A stretch of 64,000 bases of DNA. Origin: Octopus sinensis. Lineage: Eukaryota. The notes beneath the pieces were generated by a model. That model saw only the letters and a list, made by a program, of their open reading frames with translations, had not been told where the DNA came from and did no database searches. The DNA is taken from contig NC_042999.1 in NCBI RefSeq assembly GCF_006345805.1, positions 148,428,001 to 148,492,000 on the forward strand, read 5' to 3'. A program made the position numbers and the translations under genes. Position 1 is the first letter of the stretch. Each line of letters begins with the position of its first letter. Shown here piece after piece: positions 1 to 13,232 of this stretch.

Positions 1-524
1 TTACTTGAAAAGCAGATAAGACCAGAGCATTTGACCATATAATCATCCCTCAAATAGACTCCCTTTCTAATCTAGGCCAGCATGGAAAAGCACACACACA
101 CACATATATATATATAAAAGCAAACATTAGCTTATCTTTAACCTACATTATGTAACAAATGTTGTTACGAGTCATTGACATTTCAAATCTGATTGATCAG
201 CAAGAAAATAAGGACACACAAAATTGCTTAATTTTGACTGGCAGACTTATGACTAAAGGGCATTTTAATCAGGAACTCTTGTGTTTTTAGGGTTAGGGTT
301 AAGCTTTTAGAGGCATCAAAAACTAGCAAAAGCAACTTTTTTTTCTTCTTTTTCTTAGACAGTAGATATAATAGATGTGACAACTATTTCTACTAGGCCC
401 ACATAAAAGCTCTACCATTGGCTCATAACTAAAGGCTACATATTTCAAACCCATATGGTCCTTTTTTGTTTGCTGTGGTGAGTTGCCAATCAGAATATTT
501 TAAGTAACATATAAATAAACTTAC

Positions 525-620
525 TCTGTCAACAATAGCTTCTGGTGCAGCCCATTTTATAGGAAACTTAATCCTTTTATCTAAAGCTCCAGTGTGATTG
601 GATAAACCAAAATCAGATAT
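525..620 (-). CDS. CSK: Activation-segment exon (96 nt): [32 protein letters not shown]
   Basis: Acceptor ttttacag|ATA and donor AGA|gtaagt. Contains DFG and APE; the short tyrosine-free activation loop is Csk-like. Confidence 0.93.
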
Positions 621-3600
621 CTGTAAAAGAAAACCTACATACAATAAACTTACAGTTACTAACATTTGACTCTGGCTTTCTGCATTTATAAAACAGGTGA
701 AAATACCCTAAATTAGATGGTGATGAGCAGTTTGAAATATAATACATCTATATTTGAATAGTATATAAATATCATATATACAAACATGTTGAGTAGATAA
801 AAACCTTATATAGACTGGAAACCAATAAAGAGACAAAAATTGGTACTCCATCAATTACGATAACAAGGGTTCCAGTTGATCCAATCAACGGAACAGACTG
901 CTCGTGAAATTATCATGCAAGTAACTGAGCACTCCACAGACATGTGTACCCTTAATGTAGTTCTTAGGGAAATTCAATGTGACAAGGCTGGCCCTTTGAA
1001 TTACAGGTACAATTCATTTTTGCCAACTGAGTGGACTAGAGTAACATGAAATAAAGCACATTGTTCAAGGACACAATGCACAACCAGGTATTGAACTCAC
1101 GGCCTTATGATCATGAGTCAAATACCCTAACCACTAAGCCATGTGCTTCATGACTGGAAACCTACATGTATATATGAACTGCATTGCTATCATGTATATA
1201 ATACAACATGCTTGTTTTTGAAACTGCATCCTCATTTGTATCCAACACTGTTTAACAAGGACAGAAAAGTATGAAACAGAGAAAAACAGATACAAAATAA
1301 TTTGTATATTTTAAGAGAGAGCTATTCTTTTAAACATTATTACACCAACATCAAAATAAAAATCAAATGGAAATTGTAGTTAAGATACCTGTGCCAGTGA
1401 CATGTAAAAAGCACTGTCCGAACATGGCAGATGCCAGTGCCGCCTGACTGGCGTCCGTGTTGGTGACACGTAAAAGCACCAACTGATCATGGCTGTTTGC
1501 CAGCCTCCTCTGGCCCCTGTGCCGGTGGCACATAAAAAATCACCCACTACACTCATGGAGTGGCTAGCATGGAAAACGGACGTTAAATGATGATGATGAT
1601 TATTACTGTTTATGTCTACTTTTTCCATGTTGTTATGGACTGGACCGTTTCACTTGTTAGCCATTCTTCAGCCATTAATATTGTTCTCTCCACCCAAATG
1701 TTACACTGATCATTCCCCCACCCCCACCACTGTACCACCAAATTATCTCTCCTCAAGCACACTTCTGCAGCCTACCCAACCACATGTCATCTCTCTCTCT
1801 CCTATCATCTCCCTGTCAACTGTATCATCATTATAATCCTGCTGCTGATTCCCCTACTTTCTTCTGCATCCCTTTACTTTTCCCAATTCATGGATCATTG
1901 GTCATTCCCCCATACCTTATCCAACACTCCTTACATCTGCCCTTCAACCCTACCCAATCTTTACAGTTGTTGCCTGCCTCCCCTCTCCTTGTCTCTTGCT
2001 CCCCTATAAACTCTTACAAACCTACAACTTTCCACACACCTAGTTCCTCTCTCCCCACTCACTTTTGTTTACCTCATTCCTTGAGGAGTCACCTGGACAC
2101 CTTAGCAGCATTATTAATCTCTATGCAGCTCCTACTTATCATTCTCACCCTTTCTTCTACATATGAATAGCCATGCAGCTCTCCTACACGAACCTGCTCT
2201 GCTACCCTCTTCTCTCATATTTAAACCCCTTCAAGAGTATCAGCTGTGGGAACTATGCCAAAGCAGACACTGGATTGTTATGCAATATTTGATGCATCAG
2301 ATCCTGTCAAATGTCCAACCCATGCTAGTATGGAATATGGACATTAAACAATGATGATATATATGACAAGATACCATACAGTTTTTGTCTAATAAATTTC
2401 ACTAACAAGGTACATGCTGTTAAGCGGTTGGCAATTAGAAAGATATTTAACTATTGAAGTTATGCCATAAATGAAACATACTAGTGAGACATAGCCCCAT
2501 CTTAACTACAATAATGACTCACCCAAACCATACCAACATGGAAAAAATGCAAAAGGGTTATTGTGGTGATAGTGTGTATGTGTGTATGAGAGAGAAATAT
2601 GCAAAACAGTCACAGTCATGTGACTACAGCTGGATGTCATTCTTAATGCCAACCACTTTACAAAATGTATTGGTTGCTTCCGTAACTCCAACTGAGTTGG
2701 GTATGGTACTGAAGAATATGAAAGGAGAGGGGAAGGTGTCTTGCTGAAGAGGTGAACACATGGTTTCTCTGTATTTATATAAATATTAAGAGGTAGACTT
2801 AATAGGCACAGGAGTGGCTGTGTGGTAAGTAGCTTGCTAACCAACCACATGGTTCCGGGTTCAGTTCCACTGCGTGGCATCTTGGGCAAGTGTCTTCTGC
2901 TATAGCCCCGGGCCGACCAATGCCTTGTGAGTGGATTTGGCAGATGGAAACTGAAAGAAGCCTGTCGTATATATCGTATATATATATATATATGTGTGTC
3001 TGTGTTTGTCCCCCTAGCACTGCTTGACAACCGATGCTGGTGTGTTTACGTCCCCGTCACTTAGCGGTTCGGCAAAAGAGACCGATAGAATAAGTACTGG
3101 GCTTACAAAGAATAAGTCCCGGGGTCGATTTGCTCAACTAAAGGCAGTGCTCCAGCATGGCCACAGTCAAATGACTGAAACAAGTAAAAGAGTAAAGAGA
3201 CTCAAATAACTTACCTTTACTTTGCCACAATTACTCAAAAGAATGTTCCGAGCAGCAAGATCACAATGGACCAGATGCTTACCTTCCAGATATTCCATTC
3301 CTACACAAATATCACTACAGTCAGACACATGCAAAATGAAAAGAAGAAAAATAGAAAAGGAATTAACTAAACTTTTCAAAGTAAAATATATTAGACATTA
3401 TCAGCATTGACTTGAGACAGAAAAAGAAAGAAACAAGCTACTGGAGGGATCTGGATTACATATCTATCACTTGTTTTAATTTCCAAGAGGTAAAGCATTT
3501 AATGCCCTAGCCAAAGTTGTATATACTGTGCCGGCCAAAATGCCATTACGTTCTGAGTTCAAATTCCGCCAAGGTCGATTTAGCCTTTCATCCTTTCGGG

Positions 3601-6600
3601 GTCGATTAAATAAGTACCAGTTACACACTGGGGTCGATATAATCGATTTAATCCATTTGTCTGTCCTTGTTTGTCCCCTCTGTGGGTTTGTCCCCTTGTG
3701 GGTAGTAAAGAAATATGTATTAGATGACATAAGAAAAAACAAGGATATATTAGCAGCAAAAAGCTTTTAGAACATTCAAGCATGAAATATAGGCTCAACT
3801 TCACAAATAGGGCTTGGTGGGATTTTTATTTTAAACACTGCTTTTTTTTTAAAAAAAAAGTGCGTCTATTCCACCAACAACAGTATGTCTGATATCGTCA
3901 ATTTATGTCAGAAAGATAAAGAGATAGATATGCAGATTAAGTCTTTTTAATTTCTTTTCCTATCTAAAATTAGTGCATATAATGTGTAAGAGAGAAAATG
4001 TTAACTCTAGTGTAAATTGTTTAATGACCATTTTCAATAGTGGCATGTTAGTTGAATGATGTGACAGGAGCCAACAAGCCAGAAAAGTATGAAAAGAGAG
4101 TGACAGATGGATAGAGATGGGAATAAAGGTGAAGAATGAACACAAGTAAAGATGTGGTCAATGGTAAATACCAGTTTAGAGGAGAAAAAATTTATGAAAT
4201 TTATCTTCAATGTTTATGCTAATACAAGACAGGCAGAACAAGAAAACATTTCCACAAGAAATTACAGATCTTTGGATGCCATTTAATGATTAACAACCAT
4301 TTTTCCATGCCCAACATGCTGAGATCTGATCTCACCACCTTTTAGAACAGGGGAGGAGAAACCCCCACCCATGGGTGCAATTGTACAGGCGAGCCCATTT
4401 TATTGCACCCACAGGCTGGCATATTTGTATGTACAAAATATAGTCAATTTTTCCATTATAAAATTGATACAATACTCGTATGCCTCTTTGCGACATAGAT
4501 TGCATTTCCACAACTTAAAACAGTTAGACTCAAACAGAAAACCGTCCAGCAATTGCCATTTGAATGGAAATTTTTTGTTTTCACTATAAAACACATATTG
4601 CTAGGTTTGTACCACCCCCTTGAGACCCAACTACACTCTAGCTAAAAAATATAAAATACCTCATAAGTAATATAAACGTCCTAAATTCAGTGGCGGCATG
4701 TTACATGTTAATTGAATATGTTAAACTTATCTTTATTAATGTATATCAAATTATACATGGATATATACAAGATATATACACAGATATAAGAGTTAAAACT
4801 TGTGATCTACCTGTGGACCTTTTTTTGAAAATTTTTGCCTGCCACACTAAAAAGTTTCCCCACCCCTGTTTTAGAACTTCAGGAGCTTTGATAATCCTTT
4901 CATTTCTAGTGGTCTGGAAAAGAAAGATTTGGAAGCTTATGGATTCTTTGAATACGATGTGGACCCAACAGAGGGACTGGCTATCCAAGTTGACAGCAGC
5001 CTGATGGATAAAACGATATGAAGACTGGGAAAGCCCTTGGCCCCTTAGGAATTATTATTGAGATGCTTAAAATAGCTGGCTGAGTGGGATATAGCCCAGT
5101 CATCTAAAAAGTTAATCAGGTTATCCAGAAGGGTCATATCCCAATGACTGGTGTAGCAGCATTATAGTCAAGTGCCACAAAGGTAAAGGAGATGCCGTAC
5201 ACAGAAGTAATCACAAAGGTATCAAAGTGCTGGACCAAGTCATGAAAGTTACAAAAAGGGTTGAAGCCCATCTGATTAAGAAGAGCATTAACCTAGATGA
5301 AATGCAGTTTGATTTTGTACTAAGGAGAAGTACTACTGGCACTATCTTCCTAGTAAGAGAAGCATTTAACAAAAAAATAAACTACACCCTCTTGCAGACT
5401 AACTCATCGACAATAACAGGGATCTTCTCTTTGTGGCTGGCAACTTCAATGGTCATGTTGAACAACATCCAGGGAGCTTCCACAGTGTATATGTTGGCAA
5501 TAATTTTGGCTCCTGCAATGGGGAGGGAATAAGGCTGCTGGAGTTCTGTGATGCAAATGATCTTATGATCTGTAATAGTAACTTCAGAAAACCTGCCAGT
5601 CACCTGTTCACCTACAAGTCTGGTTAACTACATTCTGGCCAGGAAACAGGAAAGATGGCTACTCATAAATACCAAAATTTCCCAGATGAAGAATGCACCC
5701 CTCCCTACATAGGTTAGTAGTTAGCAACTTCAGGATCAGGGCTAAATGGCTACCCAGAAGACAACCAGCATGGAAAAGAAGGGTCTGGAAGCTTAAGGAT
5801 CCTCTGAATGGACAGAGATTTAGAGACATATTGCTTGAAGCTTTTGACAAAAAAGAGGTGGATATAGCATCACACAATGTGGAGGACAACTGGAAGTTCC
5901 TACAGGACAACCTGTTGAAGTCTACTGACCAGACCTGTGGTTGGTGCAAAGTCCCCTCTCACCCTAAGGTAACATAATGGTGGAACAATGTAGTTGACAG
6001 GGCCATTACGAAAAAGAAACAGGCACGGAAGGACTGGAAGTGTGGTTGTAGCAGGGAACTGTATCAGATTGCCAGAAGGGAAGCTAGGAGACAGGTTTAC
6101 TTAGCCAGAGGGGAAGCAGAAAAATTTGCCAATGTTCTGCATCGTGAGGACCAAAGACTTGAAGTGTCTCGTATTGCAAGACAGTCTGTGAGAGAGAATC
6201 ATGATGTCATAGGAGAGAAAAATATATCTGCATGGATAATGCAGAAAAATATATCTGCATGGATAATGACTCACTTGCATTTAATGAGGCTGCAAAGAGA
6301 GAGACTTGGAGACACCACTATGAATGATTGCTAAATGAAGAGAATGAATGGGAGAAAGAGTCTGCCAAATGTTGACCCAACAGAGGGACCAGCTATTTGT
6401 GCGTGTTTATTTCTCCTTTCCTTGAAGTTAAGTAATAGTTGTAAATGAGCCTGACTATCACTTAAACAGTGTTGTTTGTTCCTCATTTTCCATGAAAACA
6501 TGTTCGACCACAGGAAAATATTTTCTATTTTTAATATCACATATATCAAATTTTGCTGTTGTTTATTTATTTTTTTCAAGTTGAAAGCGTTTAGTCACTT

Positions 6601-7005
6601 AGCTTCTCAACCTTTATCCTTAGTCAGAGGTAATGATTCAGCAAGAAAACATACAAAAATAATCAAAGAGGATTACAATAACAAAAATTATATATATAAA
6701 GACACAGAAGTGGCTGTGTGATGAGTAGCTTGTTCACCAACCACATGATTCCAGGTTCACCTTGGGCAAGTGTCTTCTACTATAGCCTTGGGCCGACCGA
6801 AAACTGTGTGTGTGTGTTTGTCCCCCCACCATCACTTGATAACCGATGATGTGTTTACAACCCCATAACTTAGTTGTTTGGCAAAGGAGACCAATAGAAT
6901 AAGTACTAGGCATACAAAGAATAAGTCCTGGGGTCGATTTGTTTGACTAAAGGCAACAGTCAAGACAACTAAAAGAAAAAAAAATATATATATATACATA
7001 CATAT

Positions 7006-7044
<39 letters not shown>

Positions 7045-10000
7045 CAATGCTAGTATCTTACAATGATGAATTCAGTTGCCATTCCTCAGTGATGCTATCT
7101 CTACCTCGAGACCGTAGGTAGTTTGCGAGATTTCCTTCATCCATATATTCCATAACTAGGTAAACATCCTTGTCAAGCACGACGCCAATTAGCTGTAATA
7201 CATTTCGGTGATTCAACGTACTGCAAAATAAAAAATGAGAAACAGTTAATGTAATCTGCTGTAGCTAGTGTAGTACAGTATTGTACTTATAGTCACTAAA
7301 ATATAGCTACTCTATCTCTGACAAAATGGCTGTCAGTGCAACTTTTTGTCCCCGTCAAATTTTATCCAACAAATGAATGTCTCAGTTGTTTAAGCCAGTG
7401 ATGCCCTAACTTTTTCGGGCTGCAGCCCCCTTGACACCCAGGCCACATTCCTAGCATCCCCACCCTAACTAACCATCACAAACATAGATCACTTTCTGAA
7501 GCAAATTCAAAACAACTGCATTTCACAAATAAAACTTAACCTAATGAACCCATTATTTTGTTGTTTTTACGTGAATTGCTACCCCATTATCACCCCAATT
7601 TTTACATGAATCACTACTCCATTATGGGCCCCACTTTTCTTCAACACCCTCTTGGAACTTTCACTGCTCCTAGCAAGGCAATACCGCTTACTTTGGGAAC
7701 CACTGGTTTAATCAACAGAATTATTTCTGTTAATTCTGGATTATACTGTACTTACTCAGTGCAACTGGTTGAGTATTCCAAGAAAACTATTACACCCCTA
7801 ACGTAACCTTCAGGCTGACTATGAAGATGCATAGCTTAGTGGTTTGAGTATTTGGGTCACAATCATAAGGTTTTGAGTTCAATTCCCGGCAACGCGTTGT
7901 ATCCTTAGACAAGACACTTTATTTCACATTGCTCTGGTCCACTCAGCTGGCAAAAATGAATTGTGCTAGCAATTCAAAGGGTCGGCCTTATCACATTTTG
8001 TGTTATGCTGAATCTCCTTGTGAACTACATTAACGGTATGTGTGTCTGTGGAGTGGCACAACCACTTGCATGTTAATGTCACGAGCTGATTGTTCCATCA
8101 ATAAGGTCAACTGAAACCTTCATTGTCATAACTGATGGAGAGCCAGCTTATAAATAACAGGTACGCTTAACCCTGATAGGCTTTCTGTCTGTCAAACTTT
8201 CCTTATTTGACTTGGGGGTCATCCAGTGATGCAGAAATCAAACAGTATCATTGTGCTAAGCAATGGAACCAGAGTCAGAACCTAACAATTGTAACTGAAC
8301 TTCTGAACCCCTCAACCATGCACCCTTAAGAATTAAGTAATATAAAGTTTATTAACCTTGAGAGATCCTCTCATACAGATACTTGATTTCCAGTAGAATA
8401 AAATCACATGATACAGGTGTTTCAGCACTCATGACAGATGATTCACAACTGCTATGATCTATGTGCATGCTTTTATGAACAAAGTGCCTATAAGAGAGGG
8501 TCTTCTAAGGCTATTAATGCACTATTTGGTGTTCTTGCATAGTAAGGTGTATATAAGGATTACTTCTGTCACTAATAATTAACTTATAATAAAGATTATG
8601 CTAATTAACTAATCCATTATTTGTGGAGATAAAAATTAGCAGAAAAATATATACAATATAGGCACAGCTGTGGCCATGTAGGCACAGGTGTAGTTATATA
8701 GGTGCAGGTGTGGCTGTGTAATAAGTAGCTTGCTTACCAACCACATGGTTCCAGGTTCAGTCCCACTGCATGGCAGCTTGGGCAGGTGTCCTCTACTATG
8801 ACCTTGGGCCAACCAAAGCCTTGTGAGTGGATTTCATAAACAGAAACTGAAAGAAGCCCATTGTATATATATGTGTATGTGTATATATATACGTGTGTGT
8901 ATGTATGTGTTTTGTGTGTCTGCATTTGTACCCCCAACATCACTTGACAACCGTTGTTGGTGTGTTTATGTCCGCATAACTTAGCAGTTCAGCAAAAGAG
9001 ACTGATAGAATAAGTACTCGCACCTTGGGCAGGTGTCTTCTACTATAGCCTCGGGCCGACCAAAGCCCTGCGAGTGGATTTGGTAGACAGAAACTGAAAG
9101 AAGCCAGTCGTATATATGTATGTGCGTGTGTGTGTCTGTGTTTGTACCCCCAAAATCACTTGACAACCAATGCTGGTGTGTTTACGCTCCCGTAACTTAG
9201 CAGTTCGGCAAAAGAGACCGATAGAATAAGTACTAGGCTTACAAAGAATAAGTTGTGGGGTCAATTTGCTCGACTAAAGGCGGTGCACCAGCATGGCCGC
9301 AGCCAAATGGCTGAAACAAATAAAAGAGTAAAAGAGTAAGAGTCTTCAATAAGGAGTTCCCCAACAGTGTACTAAGCTTTATTTAGTTTCTTAATTCTTA
9401 AACAGATAGAAGTGGTGAAAATGTCACTCACTGTTTGTTGGTTGATAGTTGACTATAACAGAGGTTAATGCTTTTCAATAAATGTATCTATAAAAATCAC
9501 TGCATGATGTAATACATATACAGTACACAACATAAACACTACACTGCCTAATACTATTAAGTGGTATAACATGTATAGTGCTAATTATAATGCAGTCTAG
9601 AATAATTATTATGTGAACTGATACCAGAAGACTCACAACCTCTCATTCTTCATGATAACCCACCACACCTGTAGCAATGTTAAAGTATCAATGGCTAAGG
9701 CCTTCTGCATGAGTAGAAATTATTTAAGTTCTGTTAGAAAAAGCAACTAAATCTCCTTTGAATTACACCTAACCTTTTCAAATGATATATTCAGTAATAT
9801 AACTCCTAACTATTGCTGAATAAAATATGGAATGACACAGCTGGAATATCCCAATCATTGTTTACCTGAGGTTTAACAACTTCAGCTCTGAACAACTGCT
9901 GATTGTCTCCATAGTAAAAAGATGACCCAGATTAAGTTACTATTCAAATATTTAGGACAACGCTGCTACCACACACAGACAAATATCACAGACTGGAGAA

Positions 10001-13000
10001 AAAGTACACATGGATAACTGGCAAAAATTACCTCACTAATGTTTTACAATTATGACTCATAAATGCATTATTTTCTGTCTCTTTTAACCCTTTTGATACC
10101 AACCTGACCAAAACCCGCCTCTGGCTCTGTAGTACAAATGTCTTGTTTTCATAAGTATTGAATTAAAATCTTCCACCAAACTTTAGTCACAATTTATGTT
10201 CCCAACACTAGCTTAATGATAACTAAGTTCTTTTACTAAATTCTTTGTTATATTTAAAATTAATTGAATGAAACACAGAGCATCTCAAAATAAATACGGT
10301 AATGAAAGGGTTAATGTTGGTGAAATTATTTCTGTTCTTATGGAACAACAAGCTGTCTACTATTCACCTATTTTTTTCACCCATCTCTACTTTGTCTCAC
10401 TTCTCCAATCCTGTCATCTAGAACTGCAATCTTCTGAATCTCTCTGTCTATTCATTTTTTTTTCATGGATATACAAAATATTCAAGCTGAACATGAACCA
10501 CAACAGTTTTGGAGGGTTTTCAATGGCTATAGGTAGCGGTCCTTTCCCTAGGACCAAATAAAAATACAAAAAGTTAAAAATACTAAGTTATCTGAAGACA
10601 CTATACTAAGTAGAGTACTGGTTTATTGTGCATACGACAGTAATTACGCTATATTACAATATTTGTGCCAACCTGTCACTACTGCAATATCTGCAACAAC
10701 TCATCTGTACAACAGCTGTACCTAATTAACTAGACTGTAATCCATAATTTCAAGCTGTCTAGAAATTAGACAGCTTGAAATCATGGACACATCAGAGACA
10801 TATTTCACATTCCAGTTGTCAACAAATGAAGTCACTTTATCCACTTTTTATAGCAAACAGGGTATTGTATTATCGTTTCAAATGACCGAGAACTTTGGCA
10901 TTATGTCCTGTTTGAGAAGTAGGCTCATCAAGCCAAGTAAAATCACAACTGTGGCAGATACTGGTGTCACGCAAATGGCACCCATGCTGACACATAATAG
11001 CACCCATTACACTCTCGGACCAGCTGTAGAAACCATGCCAAATCAGACTGGAGGCTGGTGCAGATAATGGACGTATGATAATGATGATGATAGTATATAT
11101 AAGCATAACATTATCACATGATTTTTACTTCTTGTAATTTGTATGATAATATAATATAATTATAGTATGTCTAATACTACATTCTCCTACATAACTAAAG
11201 AAAGAACCATTTAGAAAAAATGCCAAAAAGATATTCACAAGGAAAAAATATTAATAATCAACAACACAAAATTTATCAAAGATTATTCATAGTTTATCAT
11301 TAAGGCATGTCAAAAATCATTCAAAACAGGCAGTTCTTTTTCTCTTGGTTTATCAAGATTATTGTTTGTCACAATTATATAATTTACAATGTCAAAGGTA
11401 TCTTATTTTAATCAGTGTATAAATAGTATTTACTAAAAAAAAGTGTATGCTTTGGCCAAAGGTTTGCAAGCTTCATCAGTGTTATCTTGAGTTTTAGGTT
11501 CAGAAACTGAATATAAAATTATTTGTTAAAACTGTACAAGGGGTACTCAAAAGTAACCAGGAAGCGTTCTCTGTGGGACAAGCCTGTTGTAGTTCAGGTT
11601 TCCGCCACTAGAAGCCACTTGATGTGACCCTCAGGCATCAGTATGCTGACTGGCAGCATTGAGTGTAGTCCAACTGCCATGTAGTGCATCTTTGTTTTGC
11701 AGTGCTTCTCTCCTATTTGTCAATTTTTACAATGGCTGAAACAAAGGAACAGCATGCTTCCATGAATTTCTGTTTTCTGCTGGGGAAAACAGCAGCCGAA
11801 ACAGTTGTCATGCTTCTAACAGCTTACGAAGTACACTGCCATGATTAAAACACAAGTTTACATGTGGTTTTCACACTTTAGGAATGGTCATTTGTTGCTT
11901 GAAGACCAACCTCATTCAGGGCATCCATCGACCTCCCAAACAAATGAAAACATCATGATTTTGGAGGACTATTAATGAATAATTGACAAACATTGATATG
12001 ACTGGTGTGTCCTGGAGCTCCTGCCAACAAATTTTGAACGTAAAAAGCACCCACTACACTCACGGAGTGGTTGGCGTTAGGAAGGGCATCCAGCTGTAGA
12101 AACACTGCCAAATCTGACTGGGCCTGATGAAGCCTTCCGGCTTCACAGACCCCAGTTAAACCGTCCAACCCATGCTAGCATGGAAAACGGACGCTTGATG
12201 ATGATGATGATGATGAATTGTGAATGAAGAGTTGCAGAAAATTTGTGCCCTGCTTGCTCACAGAAAATAAAAAGCAGTCACGACTGAATGCTTGTCATGA
12301 ACCGAAAGAAGTTGGAAGTTGATCCCGATCTTTTTTCGAATATCATCATTGGCGATAACAACTGGTGCTATGGAATTTGCAGATGTGGAAGAGGTGAAGA
12401 AAAAATGACAGAGGCTTTAAAAGGAATCACTTTGCAAGAGTTCCATCACAGTTTTGAGCAGTGGAAAACACATTTGGACTGATGGATTGCTTGAAATGGA
12501 GAATACTTTGAAGGTGATAAAAGTGTAAGTGAATAAAATATTACAAAATTCTGGTTTCTTCTGGATACCTCCTTGTATCATGCCTCAGTATCATTATTGC
12601 CACTCATTTAATAATTGATCTAGTACTTAATGGTGAGAGAGGGCTTCAACCATTAGCATATCACATTTTAACCAATTGATCATTTTCCAGGAGTTTTTTT
12701 TTTATTCAAGCTACACTGATTTTCCATGGAAAGCTCAATCAGGAAGTAGTTTCATCAATGTCGGAGAATTATGAACCAAATCATTTGAATCTCCAGTGTT
12801 AAATACCATGTAAAGCTTAACTTTATGCAAGGAGATGATTGCATGTTTAAAGCACAAAAAGGCAACGACCATCTAATATTTATTAAAGCAAGTAGGAGTG
12901 GATGTGTTGGATAAAATGCTTTGCAGTATTTGTGCCAGGTCTTAATATTCTGAGTTTAAATCCTGCCACAATCAACTTGCATTATTTTAAGATCAATTAA

Positions 13001-13192
13001 GGTGGCAAGCTAGTAGAATTGTTAGCGGTATTTTACCCATTGCTACGTTCCGAGTTCAAATTCCACTGAGGTCGACTTTACCTTTCATCCTTTTGGGGTT
13101 GATAAAATAAGTATCAGTTGAACACTGGGGTCAATGTAATTGACAGGTCCTCCTCCCCTAAAGTTTCAGGCTTTGTGTCTCCAGCAGAAAGG

Positions 13193-13232
<40 letters not shown>

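Noticed and set aside
286-300. TTAGGG twice in tandem
   Set aside because: Too short to be an interstitial telomere and expected by chance.
2807-2880. tRNA-like A and B boxes here and at many other sites
   Set aside because: They are SINE heads that run into SINE bodies; I could not fold a complete cloverleaf.
6210-6270. Direct duplication of about 25 bp inside the RTE relic
   Set aside because: Local slippage in dead TE sequence with no functional implication.
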